Positions 39,324-48,534 of a DNA stretch of 64,000 bases are shown here, one piece after another (the stretch's first letter is position 1; the number at the start of each line of letters is the position of its first letter). The DNA comes from Bacilli bacterium (GTDB lineage: Bacteria; Bacillota_I; Bacilli_A; RF39; UBA660), in contig JAGAFD010000005.1 of NCBI GenBank assembly GCA_017612805.1, forward strand, positions 10,130 through 74,129, written 5' to 3'. Made by a program: the position numbers and the translations under genes. The notes beneath the pieces were generated by a model. That model saw only the letters and a program-made list of their open reading frames with translations. It made no database searches and was not told the DNA's origin.

Positions 39324-40868
39324 CTAATTACTTCCTTTTCCTAATTCATATTTTTTTAAATAATCATCATCTAATATTTTATTATTATAGAATACTGATT
39401 TTTTCTTTAGCTCTTTATCAAGTTTTTTAACCCCATACTTTTCCGCCAAAGTCTTTTCTGAAGAGAATAAATTAACCCCTAAACCTAACTTATTTCCTTC
39501 AATACTTCCACCTATAGCATATACCAAAGTTGGATAAGTATCAAGTGCTGTTACAATTCTTTCATTATTTTTATATTCTTCTTTAATTTCTTTTGGATTT
39601 ATTAATACACTATATACATAACGATCATCATCTTTAGCACCACGTTTTCTAAAGAATTCATTTTGCATTGATAAATGATCTCCTATTACCATAATAGTTG
39701 TATCTTTATAGTAATCTTGTTCTTTAACATAATTAACAAAATCATAAATTAATCTTGAAGTTGTTGCATATGCATTTTCATATTGTTCATCATATTTTGT
39801 TTCTGAATAATTACCAACAAAGCCATCAACAAAGTGCGTATCAATCGTAATTAATTCTAAATTAAATGGTTCTTCATTATTAGAAATAACTTCCAATCTT
39901 TTCTTAGCTATATCAAATAAATAGTTATCATTAAATCCCCATTTACCTTTATCGCTTTCTTTCATTGAAAAACCATATTTATTTAAACTCTTAGAATCAA
40001 TAATGTCATAACTACCATGTTTTGTAAAATATTCTTTTAAACCCCCAAAAGAAGTTTTAGCAGCAGATATTACTTCATTATGGTAACCATTATCTTTTAA
40101 TAAATCACCTAAAGCATAAGACCCATTCATAAAGTTTTGTGAATGATATTGATTCTTATTAATACGAATCTTAAATGGAACCCCAGTAGAATTAGCAACA
40201 ACCGATGCTGTTGTCCAAGAAGCCCCTTCTAACATACTAGTTAATTCATGATTATCTTCATTATAAAATACTACTGCATCTGGATCTTCTAGTAATTGGT
40301 ATAAACCATCCGTTACTGGATAATCCCAATAACCACCTTGATCTTTTGTAAATAAAGTTGTTTCTAATGATTCAACCACAATTAGAATTAAATTTCTTTT
40401 CTTATCAAAAGTTATCTTTGTACTAGCTGGATCTACATAATGTTCTTCAATAAATGTTGATTTAAAATTCGTATAAACAATAAAGTTAAATAATCTAACA
40501 CTCCACATTAATGCCAAAATTCCTAAACCAAATAATAACCAAGTAATTAATTTGCGATGTTTAATTGTTCCCTTAATTGGATATAATACTTTACCTTTTT
40601 TAGTACTAATCTTTTTCTTACCATTAAAGATATCATAAAACAAAGTATAAAAAATAAACGCAAAAAATAATACAATTGGTCCACATATTTTAAGTCCATC
40701 CCAAAAAGCTGAACTATCAGCATCTTCAACACCAACTCTTAAATAGAAGATAACTTCTTCAAAATTAGTTGATGAGAAATTAATCTTTAAATATATTGCT
40801 GCAATTATTGCTGTAAGCGATAATATAATTGCAATAACATGTAATACTCTTAATATTTTACTTTTCAT
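39324..40868 (-). CDS. LTA-synthase/sulfatase-family membrane protein (alkaline phosphatase superfamily)
   Basis: N-terminal TM helices plus an extracellular sulfatase-like domain (VVESLETT..., MVIGDHLSM). Confidence 0.5.
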   Translation of the reverse strand: MKSKILRVLHVIAIILSLTAIIAAIYLKINFSSTNFEEVIFYLRVGVEDADSSAFWDGLKICGPIVLFFAFIFYTLFYDIFNGKKKISTKKGKVLYPIKGTIKHRKLITWLLFGLGILALMWSVRLFNFIVYTNFKSTFIEEHYVDPASTKITFDKKRNLILIVVESLETTLFTKDQGGYWDYPVTDGLYQLLEDPDAVVFYNEDNHELTSMLEGASWTTASVVANSTGVPFKIRINKNQYHSQNFMNGSYALGDLLKDNGYHNEVISAAKTSFGGLKEYFTKHGSYDIIDSKSLNKYGFSMKESDKGKWGFNDNYLFDIAKKRLEVISNNEEPFNLELITIDTHFVDGFVGNYSETKYDEQYENAYATTSRLIYDFVNYVKEQDYYKDTTIMVIGDHLSMQNEFFRKRGAKDDDRYVYSVLINPKEIKEEYKNNERIVTALDTYPTLVYAIGGSIEGNKLGLGVNLFSSEKTLAEKYGVKKLDKELKKKSVFYNNKILDDDYLKKYELGKGSN

Positions 40869-40938
40869 AATCTACACCACGCAACCTACAATATTATATC
40901 TTTTTATATATAAAATTGCAAATAGTTAGTGCTTTTAA

Positions 40939-41763
40939 CTATTTAACAATGAATAATTGTTTATCTTTTTCTAATTCTTTTAAACTTTTATTTGGTTTTG
41001 GTAAATCTTCTGGCATCGTGCCATTTAATTCTTTAATCGTTTCTCGAACCTTTTTCCCTACTTCATAATGGGTTTTAATAGCTTTAGCTTCCCCTTTAAT
41101 TTTATCATTTTTAAGTTTGGAATCTGTATGAGTAATTCTAAATAAATTATCAACTAATTCTTCACTTCCCATATTATCCAAAATATCTTCACGATATCTT
41201 AATCCTTTACGTCTTGCAATATCATCAGCTGTTTCACCATTATATAACCCTTTGTATCCAGCATTATGAAATTTATCAAAATTTTTAACACCTGCTTCTT
41301 TGGCAGTTTGATTTAAACTTTTATTATGCTTTTTAGTTAGATTTCTTTGATATATTCGTTTTTCATCTTCACTAAGTTCATTATACTCTTTTTCAAATAA
41401 TTCTTGTTTTCTTGTTTGAATAGCAAAATAAGTTTGGCCTAAGGCTACAACCGGTTTAGAAGAATCAGAATTTTGAACTATTAAATAACATGCATATCTG
41501 GTTAATCTATAATCATTTAATATTCTTTTAGCATTTGAACCTATTTTTACCATTACGTCCATTTGGGCGAAATGGTTTTCAATATTTAAAGCACTCTTTT
41601 CACAAGAGATAATAGCTTTTTTAATAGAAGGAAAAAATTTTCTATATTCACTATATTCTAATGTTTTCCCTAACTCTCTTGCTAACCAATATTCATTACC
41701 ACTTTCATCAATATGTTTAATATTTTCAAATATTTTGTCTGTATATTCTTTTATTTCATTCAT
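40939..41763 (-). CDS. dinD: DNA-damage-inducible protein D (DinD) homologue
   Basis: 274 aa. Close to E. coli DinD along its whole length: YWLARELGKTLEYSEYRKF..., VVALGQTYFAIQTRKQEL, GTMPEDLPKPNKSLKELE. Confidence 0.75.
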   Translation of the reverse strand: MNEIKEYTDKIFENIKHIDESGNEYWLARELGKTLEYSEYRKFFPSIKKAIISCEKSALNIENHFAQMDVMVKIGSNAKRILNDYRLTRYACYLIVQNSDSSKPVVALGQTYFAIQTRKQELFEKEYNELSEDEKRIYQRNLTKKHNKSLNQTAKEAGVKNFDKFHNAGYKGLYNGETADDIARRKGLRYREDILDNMGSEELVDNLFRITHTDSKLKNDKIKGEAKAIKTHYEVGKKVRETIKELNGTMPEDLPKPNKSLKELEKDKQLFIVK

Positions 41764-41924
41764 AAGTTCACCTCATAAATGGCATCATAAACAAAAATGA
41801 AATTTAATACAAATCATTAAAATTTAAAAATAATACTAATAAAATAAACAATACTTTAAATATTATTTATCAATAAAGATAAATTTGTAAAAATAAATAT
41901 TACTAAAATACCAATTTAATAACA

Positions 41925-41948
41925 AATAAAAAATAAGAAGAATTACTT
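41925..41948 (-). terminator. intrinsic terminator
   Basis: AAGAAGTAATTCTTCTT followed by U-run on the minus strand. Confidence 0.55.
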
Positions 41949-42221
41949 CTTATTTTCTTTATCTAAATTTTTAAATGGATGTTTAATACGAGTTTTAATA
42001 GCATTAACAATTATTGAAGAAGTAATATCATAAATACGATTAGCTTCTTCTTCATCTACATTAAGATTTTCCATTAAAGCAATAATTGTTTTACATTTAT
42101 TGCTTTTACCAAATAAGAAGTTATCTTCTAATGATTCACTAATAATAATTGCTTTATCATGTGGATAACCAGTTTGCTTTTCCACTTCTGCAATAAATCC
42201 TCTTTTATTCATTACTATCAC
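41943..42221 (-). CDS. hypothetical small protein
   Basis: 92 aa. Overlaps the upstream XRE-TM gene by 17 nt. Confidence 0.4.
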   Translation of the reverse strand: MIVMNKRGFIAEVEKQTGYPHDKAIIISESLEDNFLFGKSNKCKTIIALMENLNVDEEEANRIYDITSSIIVNAIKTRIKHPFKNLDKENKK

Positions 42222-43128
42222 CGTACATTTTACCTTTAGAATCTAGTTGAATTTCATAACCATATTCAAAGATATAAGAAATAACAAAGATAATTAAGAT
42301 TTCTACTAAGTTAAACATTTCTAGTGAAATATCTAAATCTTTATGTAAGATTATTTCAAATATTGAACCAGTTACATTAGGTAGAATAATTAATGCAATC
42401 ATTAAGTAAGCTATTTTTTTAATATGTTCAACATTTTCTAAAGTAAATGGTGTATCACCATTATGAATATTATTAAATAACTTTTCTACTCTTTTAAGCA
42501 TTAATATTAATAATACTAATGAAGCTATTAATACGATAGAAGCTGTTTCACAATATCCAATTAATAAACCTTTGTTATTAATGTTATCTTCAACTACATC
42601 TTTAATCATTGCTATTTTTTCTTTATCACTTTCAACAGCAATAATAGATTTTTTACGTTTAATAATTAACTCATTATTCTCTTCTACTACTTCAATAATT
42701 TTAGTATTATTAGAAATAATCTTACCATCCTTAATATCAATATTTTTAATTGCTATTGGAAGTAATACAGCAACTATTCCAATTAATACTGCTCCAACTA
42801 TTGATGCAATCCATCCAATTTTAGATAATACTGATATTATCTTAGATAATACCTTTACTTTCTTTTGTTTTTGTTTTTTAAACTTAACAACACTCATTTT
42901 AACTTCTTCATCTAATGAATTAATGTCTGACATATCTTCATGTACTAATTCATTAATTTGACATTTAAAAATAGTACATAAACACATAATATTAGTCATA
43001 CTAGGATAATTTTCACCAGTTTCCCATTTAGATACTGATTGTCTAGATACTCCTAACTTATCTGCTAATTCCTCCTGAGATATTTTTCTCATCTTTCTCA
43101 CTCTTTTAAGATTGTCTCCAAATTTCAT
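42205..43128 (-). CDS. XRE-family HTH regulator fused to membrane-spanning C-terminal region
   Basis: An N-terminal HTH, ISQEELADKLGVSRQSVSKWETGEN, followed by several TM helices. Confidence 0.6.
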   Translation of the reverse strand: MKFGDNLKRVRKMRKISQEELADKLGVSRQSVSKWETGENYPSMTNIMCLCTIFKCQINELVHEDMSDINSLDEEVKMSVVKFKKQKQKKVKVLSKIISVLSKIGWIASIVGAVLIGIVAVLLPIAIKNIDIKDGKIISNNTKIIEVVEENNELIIKRKKSIIAVESDKEKIAMIKDVVEDNINNKGLLIGYCETASIVLIASLVLLILMLKRVEKLFNNIHNGDTPFTLENVEHIKKIAYLMIALIILPNVTGSIFEIILHKDLDISLEMFNLVEILIIFVISYIFEYGYEIQLDSKGKMYGDSNE

Positions 43129-43191
43129 TAGACTTCTCTCCTTTCATGCCCTAAGTTTAATAAAAACCAACAATTATTACTATCAACTTTT

Positions 43192-43224
43192 AAGTGCATT
43201 TTATAAATTTAATAAATTGCACTT
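43192..43224. promoter_or_regulatory. inverted repeat, candidate operator upstream of XRE-TM gene
   Basis: AAGTGCATTT-N13-AAATTGCACTT. The arms AAGTGCA / TGCACTT pair. Confidence 0.4.
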
Positions 43225-43312
43225 ATATCTTTACATAAATATTGCTTTTTTATCAAATACACTAAATAATCTAAAAATATATATTAATCATTTAAAAATG
43301 ATAACATTACAC

Positions 43313-44347
43313 TTAAAAATCTATAACATGATTATATAATTGATATTTTTTATTTGAATAATCTATTTTATTATCTAAAGCCAATCTATATAATACGAAA
43401 CACTTAGGATATTTTTCCTCATTATCAATGTTATAACAATCATTATTAACAATACTCATATAATATTCGTCAGATACCATCCAATTTAATGATTGTTTAT
43501 CAGCTTTATCTTCAAATTTTTCGTTTTCAAAAGATATTAAATTTGTGGCTTTAGCCATATTAAAATCACTCTTACAATGTGCCAATTCATGTAATAAAGC
43601 AAAATATATATCTGCAATTCTCTTATACTTTCGGGTTAAATAAATAGCAGGAGTTTCCTTATTGACTTTAAATGCGCCTCGAATCTTAGATCCTGGTAAA
43701 TCATCTTGAATTACGAGTTGAATTCCATTTTTATTAAACTTTTCAATTAATTTTTTTTCATCAAACAAATCATTCTTAGCATTATCTTTTATAAATTCCA
43801 CTAAAGAATCTATATTACTTTTATCATATTGGCCAAGAACCTGATTACTTGCAATTCTATAACATCTCTCTAGCCATATCATAAGCATTTCTGGTTTATC
43901 ATTCTTACTTTTATATAATATATTTTTATCTAATTTATACAAACTATCAGGTGCTGAAACCCTTAAATATTTAAGAATATCCATTAATGATGTCATTTTA
44001 TTATCTACATGAACAAATTTTATCCAATTACTTTTTAATAGCTCTCTATATGAAAATTTATTTAAATATTGAGTAAGCGTTATCTCATTCTTATTCAAGA
44101 AATTTATAATTTCACATTCCATTCTATAATTTTCTTCTATTTTTAAAATATACTCAGCTGGGATATCAGTAACGATGGAAATAGATTGAATTATTGAAGA
44201 AGATAATTCAATGTTACCTGATAATAAATCAATTAAATGCTTAGGGGAAATGCCGATTCTTGCAGCAAATTCCTTATTAGATATATTGTGCTCATTTAAA
44301 TAATCTTTCAAAATATCAACAAAACGCACATGTGCCATTTCTATCAC
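43313..44347 (-). CDS. HTH (XRE) + ImmA/IrrE-family (COG2856) zinc metallopeptidase fusion, HigA-like antitoxin
   Basis: An N-terminal HTH, NKEFAARIGISPKHLIDLLSGN, and an HEXXH at FALLHELAHC. The start is either GTG at 44347 or ATG at 44338. Confidence 0.65.
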   Translation of the reverse strand: MIEMAHVRFVDILKDYLNEHNISNKEFAARIGISPKHLIDLLSGNIELSSSIIQSISIVTDIPAEYILKIEENYRMECEIINFLNKNEITLTQYLNKFSYRELLKSNWIKFVHVDNKMTSLMDILKYLRVSAPDSLYKLDKNILYKSKNDKPEMLMIWLERCYRIASNQVLGQYDKSNIDSLVEFIKDNAKNDLFDEKKLIEKFNKNGIQLVIQDDLPGSKIRGAFKVNKETPAIYLTRKYKRIADIYFALLHELAHCKSDFNMAKATNLISFENEKFEDKADKQSLNWMVSDEYYMSIVNNDCYNIDNEEKYPKCFVLYRLALDNKIDYSNKKYQLYNHVIDF

Positions 44348-44358
44348 CCTTAATCTTT

Positions 44359-44691
44359 TTAAATATTTCTTAAATATCTTTTAAAATCTTCATAATGTTC
44401 ATCAGAAATATATTCGAGTCTAATAGAATAATTATCAGGGCAAGAAAACAAAAGCCTTAATTTTCCACTTTTACTATTCTTATCAATAGAAAATCTATAA
44501 TAACCTGTCAAATCACCTTTCAATTCCTCAAAACCATATTGATCAGATATTACATGGTTTTTTAAATCTTTAAAATCATGTACAACCTCCATATGACTTA
44601 ACACTTTATTTAGTTTATCCATAGCATCATAATTTTTCTTGATTTTTTTTAAGCTATTTTTATACCCAGTTGTAAGTTCAGAAATAATCAT
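44359..44691 (-). CDS. HigB-like (RelE/ParE superfamily) toxin
   Basis: 110 aa. ELKGDLTGYYRFSIDKNSKSGKLRLLF parallels HigB HPLKGDREGYWSITVRANWRITFQF. It sits 11 nt upstream of the HTH-peptidase gene. Confidence 0.55.
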   Translation of the reverse strand: MIISELTTGYKNSLKKIKKNYDAMDKLNKVLSHMEVVHDFKDLKNHVISDQYGFEELKGDLTGYYRFSIDKNSKSGKLRLLFSCPDNYSIRLEYISDEHYEDFKRYLRNI

Positions 44692-44931
44692 GAAAAATAA
44701 AAACTCCTTTCCTCTTCTTTACTCTTTCATATCTATCCTATCATTCCTCTACGTATACGTATATATATTAACATTAAGGTTAATATATGTCAATAATTAA
44801 ATGATTAAAAAACTAATCTAACATTATTATTTTTTATCTTCAATTTTTAAACGCAAATAGTAATTATCGTGTTCATGATAACATAATTGAATTAATTATT
44901 AATTCATATAAAAAAGCAGGATTTCTCCTAC

Positions 44932-46806
44932 CTATATTTTTGATTTGAAATATTTTTGTAATTCAAGATCTGTACAATAAACATAACAACCTTTCAGACC
45001 TCTAGTCATTAATGTTCTATATGTATTTTTTATTATAGAGTCTGCTATTCTATTTGCTTCTTCTTGTCCCTTTTCTAAAGCTATTTTATTTATGCCTTTT
45101 AATGATTGATCTGTTTTTGCTCTTTTTGTATAATCTGTAACTATTTGACCATTTTCATACCTCATATCATCGCCAATAATAACACCAACATAATCAAACT
45201 CTAATCCTTGGCATGTATGAATACATCCAGCTTCATTAACAGACTCTGGATCAATAGCATATGTTTGAGAATTAGCTAAGTTCCAACTCATTTCAAAATT
45301 ATATTCAGGTATTACAATATCATGAACAGTAGTCTTAGCTTTACCTTCACTAATCCAGTCCCAACAGTAACCTGCAACTATTCTAGATTTATTATTTATT
45401 GTATTTTTTTCTTCAATAGTTCTTCTCATTTCATTTGGATCATCAAAAACTTTAAAATCATAATCAAATCCATCGATATCAAAATTTGCAGTTTCTCTTA
45501 TTTCTAATAGATTATCTAACCAGGCGATGTAGCCATCTGAACCATTGCATCTAAATTGACTGTCTAATTCATAAATATAAATACCAGCATCTAATTCTCT
45601 TGCATATTGCTTTATTAAATCTTCACTACCAATATCTTTTAGTGTTACTTTTTGATTTTCATCTATAAAGAATATTGAAAATTTAGAAGCATTAATTATT
45701 TCTTTAATTTGGTTTTCACCTTTATTTTGAAATAATCCAGATTTAGCATTTAATCGATGTGCCTCATCCACTACTAATACATCCAATTTATTACTTTCTT
45801 CATTAACAAAATTACCAGACCCTTGAAATAAATGATTAATATAAGTTTGAGTAAAATCTCCTCTTAATTTAGCTGCAAATACATTTCTAGGTGCAGCATT
45901 TTTTGTTACATAAAAGCATGTCATATTTCTATTATTAAACTCAACTAATAAATTAATGGCCAATACTGACTTACCAGTTCCTGGTCCACCTCTAACAATC
46001 ATTACATTTTTCTTGTTATTAGCAACAGTATCAATTGCATTACTTATTGCATATTCATAAATAACTTTTTGATCATCAATCATATAAAATTCTTTATTAC
46101 CATGTAACATTTGTGATAAAGAATCTTGAAGCATCTTTGATGGTCTAATTCTTCCATGATCAATTTCATATAGAATACTTCCATCATCACCACTTGATAT
46201 ATATTTTTTAATAAAGTCTCTTAATTTAATAACATCATTATGTCCAAATAAAGGAGCCTTATCAGTATATTCTTTATAATTATCAGATAATAATGTATCA
46301 TCATTTTCAAAATAATAATTATGCAAATAAGCACAAGGTATAACATTAATGTCTTTTAGTTGAACAGATTCATTATAATCTTTAATTAAGTTAGCATAAG
46401 TCATGGCTTGGTATGAAGGATGGTTTACATCTCTAAGTCCTCCACCCACAAATGTATTAACCTTATAAATACCATCTAGGTAAGCAACTTCAGTAGCTTT
46501 ATCCCATTGCTTTAGCTCAATTATAATTACATTAGATTTGTCATTGTTAAATCCAGACATCATAAAATCTATTCTACATCCAGTTGGTGGAATATTATAT
46601 TCAATAGCTATACCAGTATTATCCGGTATTTCATTATCACTTAATACACCTCTCATATATTGCATAGAATTCTTCCAAGAATTAAATTCGGGTGAACTTG
46701 GTCTTCTTTTAATCTTTTCAATATATTTATTTCTTATCTTATCAGCTATTATTCCTAAATCTACATCATTAATAAATCCTGATTTTATCCCTTCATATAC
46801 TAACAT
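44932..46806 (-). CDS. DUF2075-type protein with an N-terminal PD-(D/E)xK nuclease-like domain and an SF1-helicase-like ATPase
   Basis: The N-terminus reads ...RIDFMM...VIIIELKQWD (D...ExK). Walker A is RGGPGTGKS and Walker B is DVLVVDEAHRL. The helicase motif is CQGLEFDYVGVI. Confidence 0.65.
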   Translation of the reverse strand: MLVYEGIKSGFINDVDLGIIADKIRNKYIEKIKRRPSSPEFNSWKNSMQYMRGVLSDNEIPDNTGIAIEYNIPPTGCRIDFMMSGFNNDKSNVIIIELKQWDKATEVAYLDGIYKVNTFVGGGLRDVNHPSYQAMTYANLIKDYNESVQLKDINVIPCAYLHNYYFENDDTLLSDNYKEYTDKAPLFGHNDVIKLRDFIKKYISSGDDGSILYEIDHGRIRPSKMLQDSLSQMLHGNKEFYMIDDQKVIYEYAISNAIDTVANNKKNVMIVRGGPGTGKSVLAINLLVEFNNRNMTCFYVTKNAAPRNVFAAKLRGDFTQTYINHLFQGSGNFVNEESNKLDVLVVDEAHRLNAKSGLFQNKGENQIKEIINASKFSIFFIDENQKVTLKDIGSEDLIKQYARELDAGIYIYELDSQFRCNGSDGYIAWLDNLLEIRETANFDIDGFDYDFKVFDDPNEMRRTIEEKNTINNKSRIVAGYCWDWISEGKAKTTVHDIVIPEYNFEMSWNLANSQTYAIDPESVNEAGCIHTCQGLEFDYVGVIIGDDMRYENGQIVTDYTKRAKTDQSLKGINKIALEKGQEEANRIADSIIKNTYRTLMTRGLKGCYVYCTDLELQKYFKSKI

Positions 46807-46816
46807 ACTAACCTCA

Positions 46817-47698
46817 TTACATATTACTTAATTCATTAGCAATAGATTTTCTTCTTTTTTCTCGTTCTAGATTTGCTAATTTTTGAATAAGTATTTCCTC
46901 TAAAGCACATTTTAATATTGGAAATATTTCTTGACATTCTTCTTCTGATAAATTATGTATTCCATCACTCACCCTAGCATAAATTATATTAAACCCATTC
47001 TCAAATAATAAGGATGGTAAATATTTTTTTAATTTTTTTACTCGATCTTCGATACGATAATGCAAAAATTCATCTTCAGAAAAATCTAAATTATCTTTAT
47101 TGTCATTGAAACAATCTATTAATAATTTTTCAAATATTCTTCTTAAATATATTAAAGCGCCAATACATGTATTAAAACTATATAATGAACATGCTTTCTT
47201 ATAATATCCAGCATATTCATTCCCTAATTCCTTTATAAAAGGCTTATTGTTTATTTCTTCATTTAAATCATAAATAGATGGATATTGTCCTATTTTCAAT
47301 ATCCTATCATTTGATAAAACTTTAAAATCAACAATTAAAGAATGCCCACAATCACCACAACCTATTATCCTAAAATAATCTTTACCTCTCAATTCATCAG
47401 CTGCTGATGCTTGTTTTCCTTGAATACTCATACTTATCCATGCATAAGAAGAATTATGTAATGTGAATATTCTTCTTTGTTTACATAAATTACAATAACA
47501 TTCAATTTTTAAATTGTTATACGGAAAAAACTTATAATTTGCAACCTTCGTATTAACAGACATTGGCTTATATAATGGATATAATAACATTTTTTCATTA
47601 ATAAATGAATTTGTCATGTCATTAGCGGTTATATTATTTCTATTGTGGAAATCTAATTCTTGTATTGTTATCATTTCAATATTATTATCTCTATTCAT
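46817..47698 (-). CDS. Zn-ribbon (CxC-x2-C...C-x2-C) protein with DUF4145-like helical C-terminal domain
   Basis: Cysteine cluster CYCNLC...CGDCGH. The alpha-helical C-terminus resembles DUF4145. GAGGTG RBS. Confidence 0.45.
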   Translation of the reverse strand: MNRDNNIEMITIQELDFHNRNNITANDMTNSFINEKMLLYPLYKPMSVNTKVANYKFFPYNNLKIECYCNLCKQRRIFTLHNSSYAWISMSIQGKQASAADELRGKDYFRIIGCGDCGHSLIVDFKVLSNDRILKIGQYPSIYDLNEEINNKPFIKELGNEYAGYYKKACSLYSFNTCIGALIYLRRIFEKLLIDCFNDNKDNLDFSEDEFLHYRIEDRVKKLKKYLPSLLFENGFNIIYARVSDGIHNLSEEECQEIFPILKCALEEILIQKLANLEREKRRKSIANELSNM

Positions 47699-47710
47699 AA
47701 AACACCTCGA

Positions 47711-48025
47711 TTATAATTTTGTATATTTTGTACTTTTTCCTTTTGATTTTTCAACAGGATATTTTTTTGCTGTCTTTTCCATTTTATCTAAAACTATTTG
47801 TTTCGGATCTACTCCTAATTTATCCGCCATCAATATGCAATAATTTATTACATCAGCAAGTTCTTCTTTAACTTCATCTAAATCATATTCATTATTCCAT
47901 TGAAAACATTCTAATAATTCACCTGCTTCAATGCAAATACTCTTTGCTAAATTTTCAGGTGAATGAAATTGATCCCAATCACGTTCTTTAGTAAATTCGA
48001 CAACCTTTTCCCTTAATTCTTGCAT
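47711..48025 (-). CDS. MazG-like all-alpha NTP pyrophosphohydrolase
   Basis: 104 aa with EAGELLE and ELADVINYCILMADKLGVD motifs. AGGTGG RBS. Confidence 0.65.
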   Translation of the reverse strand: MQELREKVVEFTKERDWDQFHSPENLAKSICIEAGELLECFQWNNEYDLDEVKEELADVINYCILMADKLGVDPKQIVLDKMEKTAKKYPVEKSKGKSTKYTKL

Positions 48026-48043
48026 TATAAACCACCTAATTCA

Positions 48044-48052
48044 ATTATACCA
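48044..48052 (-). promoter_or_regulatory. extended -10 promoter (TGgTATAAT) for the 3-gene operon
   Basis: The minus strand reads cttaTGgTATAATtgaattAGGTGGtttataATG. Confidence 0.5.
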
Positions 48053-48067
48053 TAAGAAATATTAGAA

Positions 48068-48095
48068 AAATAAAAAACGTTCATATTATGAACGT
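48068..48095 (-). terminator. intrinsic terminator after the Mrr-cat gene
   Basis: AACGTTCATAATATGAACGTT followed by UUUUUAUUUUU on the minus strand. Confidence 0.6.
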
Positions 48096-48476
48096 TTATT
48101 TCATTACTTCAATATATTCTTCAATTTTTTCATTATCAATAATAGTTATATTTAATCTAGCTGCTGCTTCTTTAGCATTAACACTAACTTCATCATTACT
48201 AATGATAATACCAAAACCAACTTTTTCTCTTTCCATATCTTGTACAGTTTCTTCTATTTCGCGCATTGTTATTTTTTTATTTAAATAAGTTTGAACTGTA
48301 TACATAACATTATCTTTTTTAGCTAACATATCATTATCATTAGTAGGGTCATCATCAGATAATCTAGCATCATCTAACGTTACTGGAAAATAACCATGTT
48401 TTAATAATACTGCTTGAATATAATTTCTAAATTCCCTACTATCTATAAAGTTATCAATAATCCCTATATCTTCCAT
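48096..48476 (-). CDS. stand-alone Mrr-cat-like restriction endonuclease domain protein
   Basis: 126 aa. DNDMLAKKDNVMYTVQT...GFGIIISNDEVSVNAKEAAARLNITIIDNEKIEEY matches the Mrr catalytic-domain pattern. Confidence 0.55.
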   Translation of the reverse strand: MEDIGIIDNFIDSREFRNYIQAVLLKHGYFPVTLDDARLSDDDPTNDNDMLAKKDNVMYTVQTYLNKKITMREIEETVQDMEREKVGFGIIISNDEVSVNAKEAAARLNITIIDNEKIEEYIEVMK

Positions 48477-48534
48477 ATCTTAATCACCTATAATGATTAT
48501 AGCATAATTCGTTATTATTCAATGTTTATATGAT

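Noticed and set aside
41764-41942. LexA/Cheo box (GAAC-N4-GTTC) upstream of the dinD homologue
   Set aside because: I could not find such a motif in the 180-nt upstream region, so an SOS operator is not supported.
41943-42221. HU/IHF-like DNA-binding protein call for the 92-aa ORF
   Set aside because: The N-terminus (MNKRGFIAEVEKQTG) resembles HU helix 1. The C-terminal beta-arm with the conserved R-x-G-R-N-P motif is missing, so I left it as hypothetical.
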